From: an uncultured Verrucomicrobiae bacterium
GTDB lineage: Bacteria; Verrucomicrobiota; Verrucomicrobiia; Limisphaerales; UBA11358
Assembly (NCBI GenBank): GCA_963769285.1
Contig: CAVYLE010000008.1
Span: 9,723 to 73,722, forward strand
Reading direction: 5' to 3'
DNA length: 64,000 bases
A program made the position numbers and the translations under genes. The notes below the pieces were generated by a model, which had not been told where the DNA came from, did no database searches, and saw only the letters and a program-made list of their open reading frames with translations. Position 1 is the first letter of the stretch. Each line of letters starts with the position of its first letter. Positions 1 to 10,349 of this stretch are shown here, piece after piece.

Positions 1-866
1 GCGATGTTTCCTTCCAGACCTTTGAGGTAGGCGAGGATGAGTTCGGGCAGGTCACGGCTGTAACCGCCTTCGAGCAGGCTGAACAGCGGCACGCCAAGCG
101 TGCGCAGCGACTGGCCGAGCCAGTAAAAATCGTCCACCACCAGTACGCCCTGCACCAGCGGGTCGCGCACGTAGGCGTCGAACCCGGCGGACACGGCGAC
201 CAGGTCGGGCTGGAATTTTTTCAAATCGCCCAGTGCCCGGGCGAGCGCGGCGCGGTATTCCTGGCGCGGCAAGCCCGGCTCGACGGGATAATTGAAACAG
301 TTATTGCCGGCATTCTCGCTGCCGGTGCCGGGATAACATGGAAACAGGTGGATGGAGAAAAACGCGGTGCCGGGCCGGTTGAGCAAAATGGCTTCGGTGC
401 CGTTGCCATGATGCACGTCGAAATCGAAAACCGCGACCCGCTTTGCGCCGGTGGCTGCGGCTTCCAGCACGGCGATGGCGATGTTGTTCAGATAACAAAA
501 GCCCATGGCCCGGTCGCGGGTGGCGTGATGGCCGGGCGGCCGCATCAAACTGAAAACGCTTTCGCCCTTGCGCGCGTCAGCCAGCGCGGTGAGTGCGGCG
601 GCGACAGAGGCGCGGGCGAAACCGGCAATGTTTTCGTAAAACGGCGTGTCGGCATCGAAATCCAACGGCTCGTTCAAGCGCGCAAGATGTTCAGCCGAAT
701 GGACGCGGAGGATTTGCGCGTCGCTCACCCGGCCTGGTTCGGCCCATGCGATGGGTAATTCGGTCTGGTGGCGCAGGAGTTCGAGTGTGGCGAGGATGCG
801 CAGCGGGCGTTCGGGATGGCTGGGACAGGCATAGCCGGCGCAGCGTTCGTCAGTGATGATTTTCAC
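1..866 (-). CDS. histone deacetylase family (HDAC/AcuC-like) deacetylase, 3' end outside window
   Basis: Not in the supplied ORF track because it runs off the left edge. My reverse translation from GTG (864-866) gives VKIITDERCAGY..RPPGHHA..DFDVHHGNGTE..SAGFDAY, the defining HDAC-fold motifs. Confidence 0.85.
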   Translation of the reverse strand, partial: MKIITDERCAGYACPSHPERPLRILATLELLRHQTELPIAWAEPGRVSDAQILRVHSAEHLARLNEPLDFDADTPFYENIAGFARASVAAALTALADARKGESVFSLMRPPGHHATRDRAMGFCYLNNIAIAVLEAAATGAKRVAVFDFDVHHGNGTEAILLNRPGTAFFSIHLFPCYPGTGSENAGNNCFNYPVEPGLPRQEYRAALARALGDLKKFQPDLVAVSAGFDAYVRDPLVQGVLVVDDFYWLGQSLRTLGVPLFSLLEGGYSRDLPELILAYLKGLEGNI

Positions 867-947
867 GTGAAAATTTAACCACGAACCCGTCCTCCGTAGC
901 AACACTGCGGAGGGTGGATGAACACAAAGAAACACGAATTTTGATTT

Positions 948-1008
948 GGTGGGGCGGGATTCCGGGCGAGCCTTTCAAGTTTCGGCTCGCGAGTACGCTC
1001 GCCCCACC
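948..1008. repeat. small element with terminal inverted repeat GGTGGGGCG / CGCCCCACC (family copy 1)
   Basis: ggtggggcgggattccgggcgagcc...cggctcgcgagtacgctcgccccacc. Related copies at 46801-46871 and 51026-51133. Confidence 0.7.
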
Positions 1009-1137
1009 GGTTGACGGGGCGTCACGGGATGGCGTTGCTGTCAAAAATCACCCACTAAAATTTCATCAGGGGACAGCAGATTCGTTTTTGCAATTATGGC
1101 GTGTTCCGCTATGGTGGAGCACATCAAGGATTCAATT

Positions 1138-2166
1138 ATGTATAAAAAATTACTTGCAGTTGCAGCAGCACTGGCAGCGCTGGCTTTTAATGCCGGAGCG
1201 TGGGATTACGAGGAACATCACGCCATCAATGAACTGGCGCTGGCGTCGTTGCCGGCGGATTTCGGCGGGTTCAAGTTGACGCCCGCGTTCAAGAACCGGA
1301 TTGCATTTCTCGCGGGCGAGCCGGATCGCTGGCGGAATGTGGGCGATTTGCCGCTGAAACATTCCAACGGGCCGGACCATTACATTGATTTGGAGGATTT
1401 GAAACTGTACGGCCTGACGCCGGAGACGCTGCCGTTGATGCGTTACGATTTTGTCGCCATCATTGCGCGGGAACGGGCGGCGCACCCGGACAAATTCCCG
1501 CCGATTGATCCGGCCAAGGATGCCGACCACACGCGCGAGTTGAGCGGGTTCCTTCCCTGGGCCATCACGGAAAATTACGAAAAACTGAAGTCCTGTTTCA
1601 GCTACCTGAAAACGTTTCAAAAATACGGCGGCACACCGGAGGAAATCGCCAATGCCGAGGCCAACATCGCCTATGTCATGGGGGTGATGGGACATTTTGT
1701 CGGCGACGGGTCGCAGCCGCTGCACACGACGATGCATTTCAACGGCTGGGCGGGCGACAATCCACACGGTTATACGACCAGCCTGAAATTTCACCAGTGG
1801 ATTGACGGCGGATACTTTTACCAGACCGGCGGCATCAACGTCGGGAAGCTGGTGGGGAAAGTTCATCCCGCCGAGCGCATCAAAAACGCGGGCCAGCCGG
1901 ACGGAATGTTCCGTGACGCCGTGAGCTATATCGTCGAGCAAAACAAACTGGTTGAACCGCTTTATAAGTTGGAAAAGGAAGGCAAGCTCACTGGCGAGGG
2001 GGACAAGGGTTTGGAGGGCCGTGCGCTCCTTGATGGCCAGCTCGTCAAGGCCGGCCAGATGCTGGGCGATATCTGGTACACCGCCTGGCTCGAAGCCCCG
2101 GAGGACCAATATCTCCAAAAGCAATTGCAGGGGCGCCCCGCGGCGAGTTCGGCGGCCGGAAAGTGA
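1138..2166 (+). CDS. secreted S1/P1 nuclease / zinc phospholipase C superfamily protein
   Basis: ORF 1096..2166. The likely start is ATG 1138 (signal peptide MYKKLLAVAAALAALAFNAGA, then W). Motif GHFVGDGSQPLH matches the HxxGDxxQPLH metal site of P1/S1 nucleases. Confidence 0.7.
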   Translation: MYKKLLAVAAALAALAFNAGAWDYEEHHAINELALASLPADFGGFKLTPAFKNRIAFLAGEPDRWRNVGDLPLKHSNGPDHYIDLEDLKLYGLTPETLPLMRYDFVAIIARERAAHPDKFPPIDPAKDADHTRELSGFLPWAITENYEKLKSCFSYLKTFQKYGGTPEEIANAEANIAYVMGVMGHFVGDGSQPLHTTMHFNGWAGDNPHGYTTSLKFHQWIDGGYFYQTGGINVGKLVGKVHPAERIKNAGQPDGMFRDAVSYIVEQNKLVEPLYKLEKEGKLTGEGDKGLEGRALLDGQLVKAGQMLGDIWYTAWLEAPEDQYLQKQLQGRPAASSAAGK

Positions 2167-2225
2167 AGCATCCAACGGAATAAACTTGGATGCGTGCGCA
2201 GCCTGGCGCAAAATAGCTTCGGTTT

Positions 2226-2302
2226 GGGCCCGTAGCTCAGTTGGTTAGAGCAAGCGACTCATAATCGCTGGGTCCTCGGTTCAAGTCCGAGCGGGCCCAC
2301 CA
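2226..2302 (+). tRNA. tRNA with anticodon CAT (Met, or Ile2 read by lysidine)
   Basis: Cloverleaf readable: acceptor GGGCCCG/CGGGCCC, D-arm AGCTCAGTTGGTTAGAGC, anticodon loop CTCATAA, T-arm GGTTCAAGTCC, encoded CCA. The anticodon arm GCGACTCATAATCGC resembles E. coli tRNA-Ile2 from memory. Confidence 0.9.
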
Positions 2303-2332
2303 GCCTTCGCTTTGAGCGCCGCGAAAAGCGAG

Positions 2333-2605
2333 GGTGCCGCGCCGAAGCTGAAAGCGGAGGCGGGCTAAGACCCACACCTGCCAATCACCGCTCAAAGCTT
2401 CGGCTCGGCAAGCCAGCATATCACAGCGGAGATAGTGAAGACTGCCGCGCCATAGCGGTAGCGAAGGCGGGCTATCAGCTTTTAAAACAACTGCGACGCT
2501 CCGAGCTTCCGCGGCAAGCCAGCCCATCACAACGAAAGCTCCTGCTCGCGATGTCTATCGGAGTTCGGGGCTGCCGCGCTGCAACTGAAAGCGGAGGAGG
2601 GCTCC
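2333..2605. repeat. imperfect tandem repeats directly 3' of the tRNA
   Basis: Three copies of tgccgcgc-N-(a)gcgg(a/t)ag-N-gggct alternate with two copies of gcttc(g/c)gc..ggcaagccagc..atcaca. Period is roughly 110-125 bp. Confidence 0.6.
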
Positions 2606-3254
2606 GCGCACAACAAGAATTAATGATTTGTTTCCCGACTGCGAATTGCTCATTGAGCCGAAATCGTACTCAACGGCGAAAAACATGCCAAAATATCTTC
2701 ACCCGTATTTTCAAGATATGTCTATAAATCAACGACTTGCAAAATTCGTTCATGTTTCGGGTGCGCTACGATGTCCCTGTTTCAGTTCGACGTTAGCAAT
2801 GTCCTGAATATGATATGTAATGTCCTTTTTATGTATAAAAACTATGGCCGATTTGTGTTGAAAAAAATGTAGTCAATGGATAAACTGTACTTAACGAATT
2901 AGCAAATATGTTTGCTGGAAAAAGGCGGAATAGTCGGCATTCAGTTGGAATTGGTTTGGGCGAGCAGGACTTTTAAATTGTGAACGTGTAAGCTGTTGCA
3001 CTTCACTATGATGCGAAAGTTCTGGAAGGGATGGCAAGGAAAAAGTGGATGATATTTGATATAAACGGACTGGACACTTTTTGTGCGTGGCCGGATTGCC
3101 GTAATGTTTGATTGCATTACCCTTGCCTGATGGTTTCCGAAAGTAAATGTGAAAATTTTTGTTTATTTGATGAAGTATCGAGCCTCGGTGGCTAAAGCGT
3201 TTAGCCTTGGGGATGGGAGTTCTGTGGCTTGTGCCTGACAAATGGAGATGCTAA

Positions 3255-4331
3255 ATGCTTTCTCAAGAACATCTTACTTTGCGCTTGGTGCGCCTCAAGC
3301 CGTCTGAGAAGTGGATCAATGGGGCGAACGGGCTATCGTTCGTGTTCCCGAAGGAAGGTGGCGGGAAATATGTTTCCACAGAGGTTACACAACGTCTTAC
3401 GCCTGGTGACGTTCTGGTTCTGAAAGGCGAAGGCGGACTTTGTGCCGATGATGGAGGTGAGATGGTTTTCTGGTTCTTTACCGCCCACTTTGAACACCTG
3501 TTCCCTCTGTTTGCCAGTAACGAAATCTGCCTGCTGCAAAACGTGACCGAAGGTTTCAAAGGATTCAAGTCGTATGGAGCCACCAGCCCACTGGCCGGGG
3601 AGTGCCACCGGCTGCTTGCAAAAGTTCCGCCCCAGTTCAACCTCAATCACCGCAGTCAGTTGCTGCGGGTGGTCGCTGCCATCTTAAGCGTGGAATTCAG
3701 CATCGCCCAACCCTCCCGGGTCGGATTCGTTAGTGCCGAGGAACACATGATCCAGGTCTTTGAAAAGTTGCCGGCCAATGAACTCTTGAGTTTGTCGGTC
3801 GGGGAACTGGCGTCCAGGTTTGGTTGCAGCAAGCGCCATCTCAACCGCCTGTTTCATCAGCGCTTTGGCATTTCCGTGGCCGCCTTGAGAATGGAGATGC
3901 GCCTGTTAAAAGCCGCGTCCTTGCTGCGGGATCCTGACACCAAAGTCATAAACGTGGCCGAAAAATGCAAATTCAATCATCTGGGACTCTTCAACACCTG
4001 CTTCAAAAGACGGTTTGGCGCCAGTCCGGGACAGTGGCGGAAGACCTCCGCCCATGCCGAGGGCCAGTCCGTTCGTCCGGTTAATGACAGCTTGGTCTGT
4101 CCTTTGCAATCTCATAGTTTGTGCCCATGGACCGCCAACGCCGATGACTGTCAACCGGCAGAAGGCGAGACGCCCAAAACTCAGAAGGCCGGCCCGGCAA
4201 GACTTGTTATTAGCATGCAGGTTCCGGATGAGCGCGTTGCGCACAAACCGGTGGCAAGTCAGCGAAAGAGCGCCGAAATTGCCGGCCGGCAAAACTTGCC
4301 CCGACCCGGTTCTTTAACCACAAAGAAATGA
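3255..4331 (+). CDS. AraC family transcriptional regulator
   Basis: C-terminal double HTH: LSVGELASRFGCSKRHLNRLFHQRFG...VINVAEKCKFNHLGLFNTCFKRRFGASPGQWRK. Confidence 0.85.
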   Translation: MLSQEHLTLRLVRLKPSEKWINGANGLSFVFPKEGGGKYVSTEVTQRLTPGDVLVLKGEGGLCADDGGEMVFWFFTAHFEHLFPLFASNEICLLQNVTEGFKGFKSYGATSPLAGECHRLLAKVPPQFNLNHRSQLLRVVAAILSVEFSIAQPSRVGFVSAEEHMIQVFEKLPANELLSLSVGELASRFGCSKRHLNRLFHQRFGISVAALRMEMRLLKAASLLRDPDTKVINVAEKCKFNHLGLFNTCFKRRFGASPGQWRKTSAHAEGQSVRPVNDSLVCPLQSHSLCPWTANADDCQPAEGETPKTQKAGPARLVISMQVPDERVAHKPVASQRKSAEIAGRQNLPRPGSLTTKK

Positions 4332-4487
4332 TGTTCTTCATGACATCATCAGCGCACCAGGTCGAAACGGCCGGTTGCGGCAGCTCGGATGGAAACTCCA
4401 TTTCCATTCCTATTGATGGCGGGCTGATCGCGCGGGTCGGAGTTCAGACGGCGCTCTGGTCCAAGGTCGCCACCTGAACCATGCCCT

Positions 4488-5822
4488 ATGCCATCGTCCA
4501 CTTTGTCCAACAAGCCTCGAGCCAGCTGGAGATTGTTTGCCCCCTCTGCGTGTTGTCCGGGCGGTCTGCCGCGTTATGCCTGGTTGACCACCTGGCTGGC
4601 GGCTTTGATGCTTCTGGCCGCCCGGCCGGCTGCGGCGCAGGAAGCCTTGCGAACCTCATTGGCCGGCGATGAGGCGGCAGAGGCCCGGCACCTCCAGCTT
4701 CAATCCCTGCCCGATACCGTCAAGGCGGGTGACTTCAGGCTGCTGGTCACGCCCTCACTGGAACTCAACTGGAATGATAATATAAACCTCACCAAGGACA
4801 ACCCCGAGGCTGATTTTATTCTGCGGCCTTTGGTTGCGCTGAACGCGAGTTATCCCTTCAGCACGTACAACCTGTTGAACCTTTCGGTCGCTGTTGGTTA
4901 CGACAAGTATATCGAGCATGATGAATACAGTCAGTGGCGTTTGGACTCGGGGTCGGAACTTTCGTTCGACGTTTATGTAAAGGATTTCTGGATCAATTTT
5001 CACGACCAGTTCCAATATACTCAAGACCCCGCGCAGGAAGCGGCGGTGGCGGGGACCGGGAGCTACGGAACTTTTGAGAACACGGCGGGACTGTCCGGCA
5101 CGTGGGACCTGGAGGACGTCACGTTGACCCTCGGCTATAACCACCTCAACTCGCTTGCGACTTCCGGCCAGTTCGATTACACCGACCGCGCTTCGGAAAT
5201 GGTCGTTGCGCGGGCAGGTCTGCGGGTGCATCCCAAGCTTACCGTCGGCGTGGAGGGGACGGCTTCGTTCACGACCTACGACCAGGCGGTGCTGAACGAC
5301 TATCAGACCTACAGCGCGGGAATTTATGCAGACTGGCGGCCGGGGCCTTATTTCAGCGTTCAACCTCGTTTTGGCTATACGATTTTTGAATCCAGCCAGA
5401 CCAGCGCTTCCGTTCAAGGCGAGAACCTGTCCTCATGGTACGCCGATTTAACTCTGGCGCATCAAGCCACCGACTTTCTGAGCTATTCGTTGAGCGCCGG
5501 GCACGAAATCAGGGCGGGCGTGGAATCCAGTGCCATTGAAGACACGTACATTCGCCCGAGTGTCAATTGGAACGTGATCAAGGATGTGACCCTGCAAACC
5601 TCGCTCTTTTACGAACATGGTGTCGAAGGCGGCGGACAGTTGGCAGGCTTCCTTGAAGATAATTACGACTGGTACGGAGGCGGGTTGAGTTTATCCTATA
5701 CCCCCATGAAAAAAGTCAGATTAAGCCTGAATTACCGGTTAACTCTGAGGTCTTCCAATGTGCCGTCGCAAGAATACACGCAGAACATGGTTGGGCTGCA
5801 GCTGATGTACATACCCCAATGA
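4488..5822 (+). CDS. putative outer-membrane beta-barrel protein of the EPS export module
   Basis: Signal-peptide-like N-terminus (..LMLLAARPAAAQEA). Alternating hydrophobic beta-strand pattern along the whole length (LSLSYTPMKKVRLSLNYRLTL). Start of the next gene overlaps its stop (ATGA). Confidence 0.55.
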   Translation: MPSSTLSNKPRASWRLFAPSACCPGGLPRYAWLTTWLAALMLLAARPAAAQEALRTSLAGDEAAEARHLQLQSLPDTVKAGDFRLLVTPSLELNWNDNINLTKDNPEADFILRPLVALNASYPFSTYNLLNLSVAVGYDKYIEHDEYSQWRLDSGSELSFDVYVKDFWINFHDQFQYTQDPAQEAAVAGTGSYGTFENTAGLSGTWDLEDVTLTLGYNHLNSLATSGQFDYTDRASEMVVARAGLRVHPKLTVGVEGTASFTTYDQAVLNDYQTYSAGIYADWRPGPYFSVQPRFGYTIFESSQTSASVQGENLSSWYADLTLAHQATDFLSYSLSAGHEIRAGVESSAIEDTYIRPSVNWNVIKDVTLQTSLFYEHGVEGGGQLAGFLEDNYDWYGGGLSLSYTPMKKVRLSLNYRLTLRSSNVPSQEYTQNMVGLQLMYIPQ

Positions 5823-6601
5823 AGATTGCCTGCCCGGACAATTTTAGAACGGTATTCCATGCCAGAAATTGCGGACGGCGCCCGTCGCTGTCCGGTGCGG
5901 CCGTTTTACTCCTCGTTTTGAGCACAATCAGTTTGTTGGCCGGCCAGTCGTTCTTTTCGGACATACTCGTCCCCCCGCCGGCGACGAACGCATCGCCGGG
6001 AAGCCCGGCCACCTTGTTGCCGGCAGCTACGAATGTTTCTCCAGCGGACATTACCAACAGCATGGATGCCCTTGACGACAAACACACGCTGGCCATCGGA
6101 GACCGCCTGAGTTTCCGGATCGTGGAGGACGAAGAAGAACCCAAATCACTGGTGGTCACCGATTCGGGGGACCTGGAAGTTCCCTTCCTTGGGCGATTCC
6201 CCGCCGAGAACCGGACCTGCAAACAGTTGGCCCGGGAACTCAAAGCGGCCCTGGAAAAAGAATATTATTACCAGGCTACCGTGATCATCGCCGTTGACTC
6301 AATGGCCAAAAGCCGCGGCAAGGTGTATCTGGTCGGCCCGGTTCGGATACCGGGACCGCAGGAACTCCCGAGCGACGAAGTCCTTACGCTGAGCAAGGCC
6401 ATCCTCCGCGCCGGGGGCTTCACCGACTTCGCCGACAAGCATAATGTCAAAATCACGCGCCAGGGAAGCGCCGGCGAAGGCAGCAAGGTGACATTGATCG
6501 TGGATGTGGGCCAGATTTTTGACAAGGGTAAAACCGAGAAAGACGTGGCACTGAAGCCCGGCGACCTCATTTACATTCCGGAGCGGATGATTCGCTTCTA
6601 G
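5819..6601 (+). CDS. polysaccharide export protein (Wza/EpsE-like, SLBB domain)
   Basis: GDRLSFRIVEDEE export motif; GKVYLVGPVRIPGPQELP..LTLSKAILRAGGFTDFA and GDLIYIPER are typical of Poly_export/SLBB. Confidence 0.8.
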   Translation: MKIACPDNFRTVFHARNCGRRPSLSGAAVLLLVLSTISLLAGQSFFSDILVPPPATNASPGSPATLLPAATNVSPADITNSMDALDDKHTLAIGDRLSFRIVEDEEEPKSLVVTDSGDLEVPFLGRFPAENRTCKQLARELKAALEKEYYYQATVIIAVDSMAKSRGKVYLVGPVRIPGPQELPSDEVLTLSKAILRAGGFTDFADKHNVKITRQGSAGEGSKVTLIVDVGQIFDKGKTEKDVALKPGDLIYIPERMIRF

Positions 6602-6648
6602 CCCCGCAAGCCACCGATGCAAACGAACCAACAAAAGACTGGCCGCTC

Positions 6649-8781
6649 GTGAACACACCCACACCACCGCCGCCGGAACTGGGCTACGAGTTGATTGACA
6701 CGCCGGAAGACTATTCAGCTCCGGCCCCGACCTTTCACGTCCGAAAGCTCCTCGCTGTTCTGCGCAAGCACTGGTGGGTGCCGGTTCTTACCCTGGTCCT
6801 TTCCCTGGTTGCCGCAATCGGTTACCTGCTTTGGGCTCCCCCCACCTTTGTATCCAAGGCCAGCATGTGGGAAACTGAAAAACTGCGCCTGCCGGAAGGC
6901 GCCATGTTTTCCGAAGATCCGCAGAGCTACCTTGGCACCCAGACGGAATTGATCCGGAGCGGCAGGATGCGGCAGTTGACCCTGGCGCACTTGCAGGCAG
7001 CGGGTACGAATACCGTCCCGCGGGGCAAGGATGGCGAGCCGCTCGAAGTGAAACTCGCGGTCAAGCTGGCTCCCAAGAGTTCAGTGATTGTGGTTGAGGC
7101 CAGCAGTTCCGATCCAGCTTACACCCAGGCCTATCTCGACAGCTTGATGAACGAGTTTCTGGAATACAAAAAGAATGTTCGCAAGGTGGTTTCCGGTGAC
7201 ACGCTCGCCTCCATTTCCGAGCAGGTTCTGCGCCTGGAACGGGATCTGAAAGCCGATCAGGACGCCCTCACGACGTTTGAGCAATCCAACAACCTGGCCA
7301 TCTTGCAGGAAGAAGGCACCGTGGCGGGGGGCTACCTGGCCAGGCTGAAAACTCAACTCTCGGACTACAAGCTGGAATCTCAACTGCTCGAGGCCACCGC
7401 ACTCGAACAGGACATGAACGGGGCCGGGACAACAAACTACGCCGGGTCTCTGGTTGATTCTTTGCGCGAGCAGAATTCTGCTCCGGCGGCGGCCACGGTC
7501 GAGCGCCAGTCGGCCTTCCAACAGGTTGAACTGCTGAAGATCGAGCGCGAGAAACTCAGCAAATACCTGCGGCCCAAACATCCCAAAATCGTCAAGCTCG
7601 ATGCGGACATCGAACGGGGCCAAAAACTGCTCGAACTATACCGCAACCAGAACCGCGGACAACTCGCCACGGCCCGGCAGGCCCTCAAAATGAGGGCCGA
7701 CAGCGTGCAGGCCTCCATCAAGGAATGGGAAGCCAAGGTGGTTGATGCCAATGCCCGCATCGCCGAGGCGGAACACCTCAAACTGAACGTCAATCGCACC
7801 CAAAGCCTGTACGACCGGCTCGTGTTGCTCCTGCAAAATGTGGATATCAGCCGGAACATAGATCAGGCGACCCTCGCCATCCTGGAGTCCGCCTCCCCGG
7901 TTGAGCGTTCCTACAAACAGGAACTTGCCGCGTTGGCCCTGGCAATTCTTGGCGGCCTCGCTTTGGGGGGCGGGATCATCACGTTGATCACCATGCGCGA
8001 CGACCGCTTCACCTCCGTTATCGAAGTGAACGCCACACTGGGAGATGCCGTGGTTGGCTTGCTGCCGGAAGTGACGCAGAAGGACGAAGTCACCATGTCC
8101 CTGCTGGAACTTAACGACCCGCGGTACATGTATGCCGAGTCGTATCGCAGCCTTCGCTCGGCGCTGCTCTTTCTGCCCGTGCAGGGCGAGCGGCCCAAGG
8201 TCCTGCTTATCACCAGCGCCATCCCGAATGAAGGAAAGTCCACCATTGCTGCGAACCTGGCCCGGACCCTGGCCTTGGGCGGCTCACGCGTGCTGCTGGT
8301 GGATGCCGATCTCCGCAAGGGCCGTCTCCATGAAATGATGGGCTTGCAGTGCGAACCGGGCCTGGTCGAATTGCTGCGCCAACCGGACAACCTGGACGGC
8401 ATCATCCAGAGAGACTCCCTGCAGAACTTTGCCTTCCTCTCCCGGGGAAAAGCCCTGGGCCACTCCAGCGACTTGTTCCTGGGCCAGGCATTCGATCAGG
8501 TCCTCGCCCGGATGCGCCAGCAATTCGATTATGTGCTCATAGACAGCAGCCCCGTTTTTGCAGCCGATGACGCCACCACACTGGCGCCGAAGGCGGATGG
8601 CACCCTGTTTGTGGTGCGCGGCAATTTTTCGAGTGCGCGGCAGGTCCGCGAAGCTCTCGAACTGCTTCGCCAGCGGCAGGCAAAAGTGCTGGGCCTGGTT
8701 TTCAACCGGGCGGACACCTCGGCGCGCTCGTATTACTATTACAAATATGCGGACTACCACGAGTCGGCGGAAAAAAGCTGA
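6649..8781 (+). CDS. chain-length determinant / tyrosine autokinase (Wzc/EpsG-like)
   Basis: GTG start; two TM segments flank a long coiled-coil. Walker A SAIPNEGKST, DADLRKG, Walker B YVLIDSSPV, C-terminal Tyr cluster RSYYYYKYADY. Confidence 0.9.
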   Translation: MNTPTPPPPELGYELIDTPEDYSAPAPTFHVRKLLAVLRKHWWVPVLTLVLSLVAAIGYLLWAPPTFVSKASMWETEKLRLPEGAMFSEDPQSYLGTQTELIRSGRMRQLTLAHLQAAGTNTVPRGKDGEPLEVKLAVKLAPKSSVIVVEASSSDPAYTQAYLDSLMNEFLEYKKNVRKVVSGDTLASISEQVLRLERDLKADQDALTTFEQSNNLAILQEEGTVAGGYLARLKTQLSDYKLESQLLEATALEQDMNGAGTTNYAGSLVDSLREQNSAPAAATVERQSAFQQVELLKIEREKLSKYLRPKHPKIVKLDADIERGQKLLELYRNQNRGQLATARQALKMRADSVQASIKEWEAKVVDANARIAEAEHLKLNVNRTQSLYDRLVLLLQNVDISRNIDQATLAILESASPVERSYKQELAALALAILGGLALGGGIITLITMRDDRFTSVIEVNATLGDAVVGLLPEVTQKDEVTMSLLELNDPRYMYAESYRSLRSALLFLPVQGERPKVLLITSAIPNEGKSTIAANLARTLALGGSRVLLVDADLRKGRLHEMMGLQCEPGLVELLRQPDNLDGIIQRDSLQNFAFLSRGKALGHSSDLFLGQAFDQVLARMRQQFDYVLIDSSPVFAADDATTLAPKADGTLFVVRGNFSSARQVREALELLRQRQAKVLGLVFNRADTSARSYYYYKYADYHESAEKS

Positions 8782-9060
8782 AAGCGGAAATGCGGAAAGC
8801 TGAAACCAGTTTCTGCTTTCGTCATTTCTGCTTTTGAAAGCGGGGAATGGTTGCTGTTTCCCCGATTTCTGCGCGGTGTGTGCCAGCAAAACAAACAGGC
8901 CAGTAGATCGTGGGCTTGGCAAAAACGGGCCTGCGAATTGACCGGCACGAAGTGTCGTCGGGGAAAAAGCAGAAAGCTGAAATTTAGAAAGTAGAAACAG
9001 GGAACGCAAAACAGAAAGCGCGAAGCGGGAAGTTGAAACGCTGAAAAACCAAAACTGCTT
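8771..9060. repeat. GAAAGC(A/T)GAAA / TTTCTGCTTTC repeat cluster (intergenic)
   Basis: gctgaaagcggaaatgcggaaagctgaaaccagtttctgctttcgtcatttctgc... and ...aaaagcagaaagctgaaatttagaaagtagaaac. The Wzc stop codon lies inside the first unit. Confidence 0.8.
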
Positions 9061-10347
9061 ATGAAAATCACCATTATCGGACTCGGCTACGTCGGATTGC
9101 CGTTATCGTTGCAATTTGCCCGCAGCGGCGTGACGGTCCTCGGACTGGATGTTGATCCGGCCAAGGTAAAGTTGCTCAACGCCGGACGCAGCTACATCCG
9201 GCACATCGGCTCCGCCGGCGTGCGCGAACAGGTGGCGGCGGAACGGTTCTCCGCCTCGGCGGACTTCGCCCGCGTCCGCGAAGCTGAAGCCGTCATTATT
9301 TGCGTCCCGACCCCGCTCAACAAAAACCGCGAGCCGGATATTTCCTATATCGTGAACACCGGCAAGGCCATCGCACCGTACCTGCGCAAAGGCACGCTGG
9401 TTGTTTTGGAGTCCACCACCTATCCCGGCACCACCGAGGATGAACTGCGCACGGTCCTTGAAGCCGGTTCGGGTTTCAAGGCCGGGGAAAATTTTCATCT
9501 GGCGTTCTCGCCGGAACGCGAAGACCCGGGCAATCCAAACAGCCAGGTGGCGAACATCCCCAAGCTGGTCGGCGGTTACACGCCGGCGTGCCTGAAACGC
9601 GCCGTCGCCCTTTACCGCAAGGCGATAAAAACCGTTGTTCCGATGTCCTCCTGTCGTGCGGCCGAGGCCACGAAGCTGTTGGAGAATATTTTCCGCAGCG
9701 TGAACATCGCGTTGGTGAACGAACTGAAACTGGTTTATGCCGCCATGGGCATTGATGTCTGGGAGGTTATCAACGCCGCAAAGACCAAACCGTTTGGTTA
9801 CATGCCGTTCTACCCCGGCCCCGGCCTGGGCGGGCATTGTATCCCCCTAGACCCGTTCTACCTGACCTGGAAGGCGCGGGAATACGGGCAGCATACGCGC
9901 TTCATCGAACTGGCCGGCGAGATCAATACCGCCATGCCGCGCTATGTCGTGGAGCGCACGGCTGAGGCCCTGAACTCACAACGCAAAGCCATCAATGGCG
10001 TCAGCATCCTCGTGTTGGGTCTGGCCTACAAAGCCAATGTGGATGACATGCGGGAATCGCCCGCCTTCCATCTGCTTGACCTGCTCAAAGCCCGCGGCGC
10101 AAACGTGGCCTATCACGACCCGCATATTCGCGTCATCGGTCCGACCCGCGAGCACGGCCACTGGGCCGGAACCAAATCCACGGGTTGGAACCGGCGGGTC
10201 ATCGGCTCGTTCGACGCGGTCATCATCTGCACGGCGCACCGGGCGGTGAATTACCGCCAGCTGGCGCAATGGGCGCCGTTGATTGTGGACACGCGCAACG
10301 CGATGAAAGGGGTCAAGACGCGGACGGGACAGGTTTGGCAGTCGTGA
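9061..10347 (+). CDS. nucleotide-sugar 6-dehydrogenase (UDP-GlcNAc/ManNAc dehydrogenase family)
   Basis: MKITIIGLGYVGLPLS Rossmann motif and catalytic GGHCIPLDPFYL, as in WbpA/WecC/TviB-type enzymes. Confidence 0.9.
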   Translation: MKITIIGLGYVGLPLSLQFARSGVTVLGLDVDPAKVKLLNAGRSYIRHIGSAGVREQVAAERFSASADFARVREAEAVIICVPTPLNKNREPDISYIVNTGKAIAPYLRKGTLVVLESTTYPGTTEDELRTVLEAGSGFKAGENFHLAFSPEREDPGNPNSQVANIPKLVGGYTPACLKRAVALYRKAIKTVVPMSSCRAAEATKLLENIFRSVNIALVNELKLVYAAMGIDVWEVINAAKTKPFGYMPFYPGPGLGGHCIPLDPFYLTWKAREYGQHTRFIELAGEINTAMPRYVVERTAEALNSQRKAINGVSILVLGLAYKANVDDMRESPAFHLLDLLKARGANVAYHDPHIRVIGPTREHGHWAGTKSTGWNRRVIGSFDAVIICTAHRAVNYRQLAQWAPLIVDTRNAMKGVKTRTGQVWQS

Positions 10348-10349
10348 GG

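Noticed and set aside
1150-2211. 353-aa minus-strand ORF
   Set aside because: It lies fully antisense to the S1/P1-nuclease-like gene, which has clear motifs. Arg/Pro-rich composition is typical of high-GC shadow frames.
2891-3241. 116-aa minus-strand ORF in the AT-rich gap upstream of the AraC gene
   Set aside because: No motif, odd composition and no plausible context. The region is treated as non-coding or regulatory.
8284-9074. Minus-strand ORFs translating FQLSAF/FLLS-type peptides, with similar ones at 10251..10661 and 10849..11094
   Set aside because: They are translations of the GAAAGCAGAAA repeat clusters, giving Phe/Leu/Ser runs from TTTCTGCTTTC. They are not genes.
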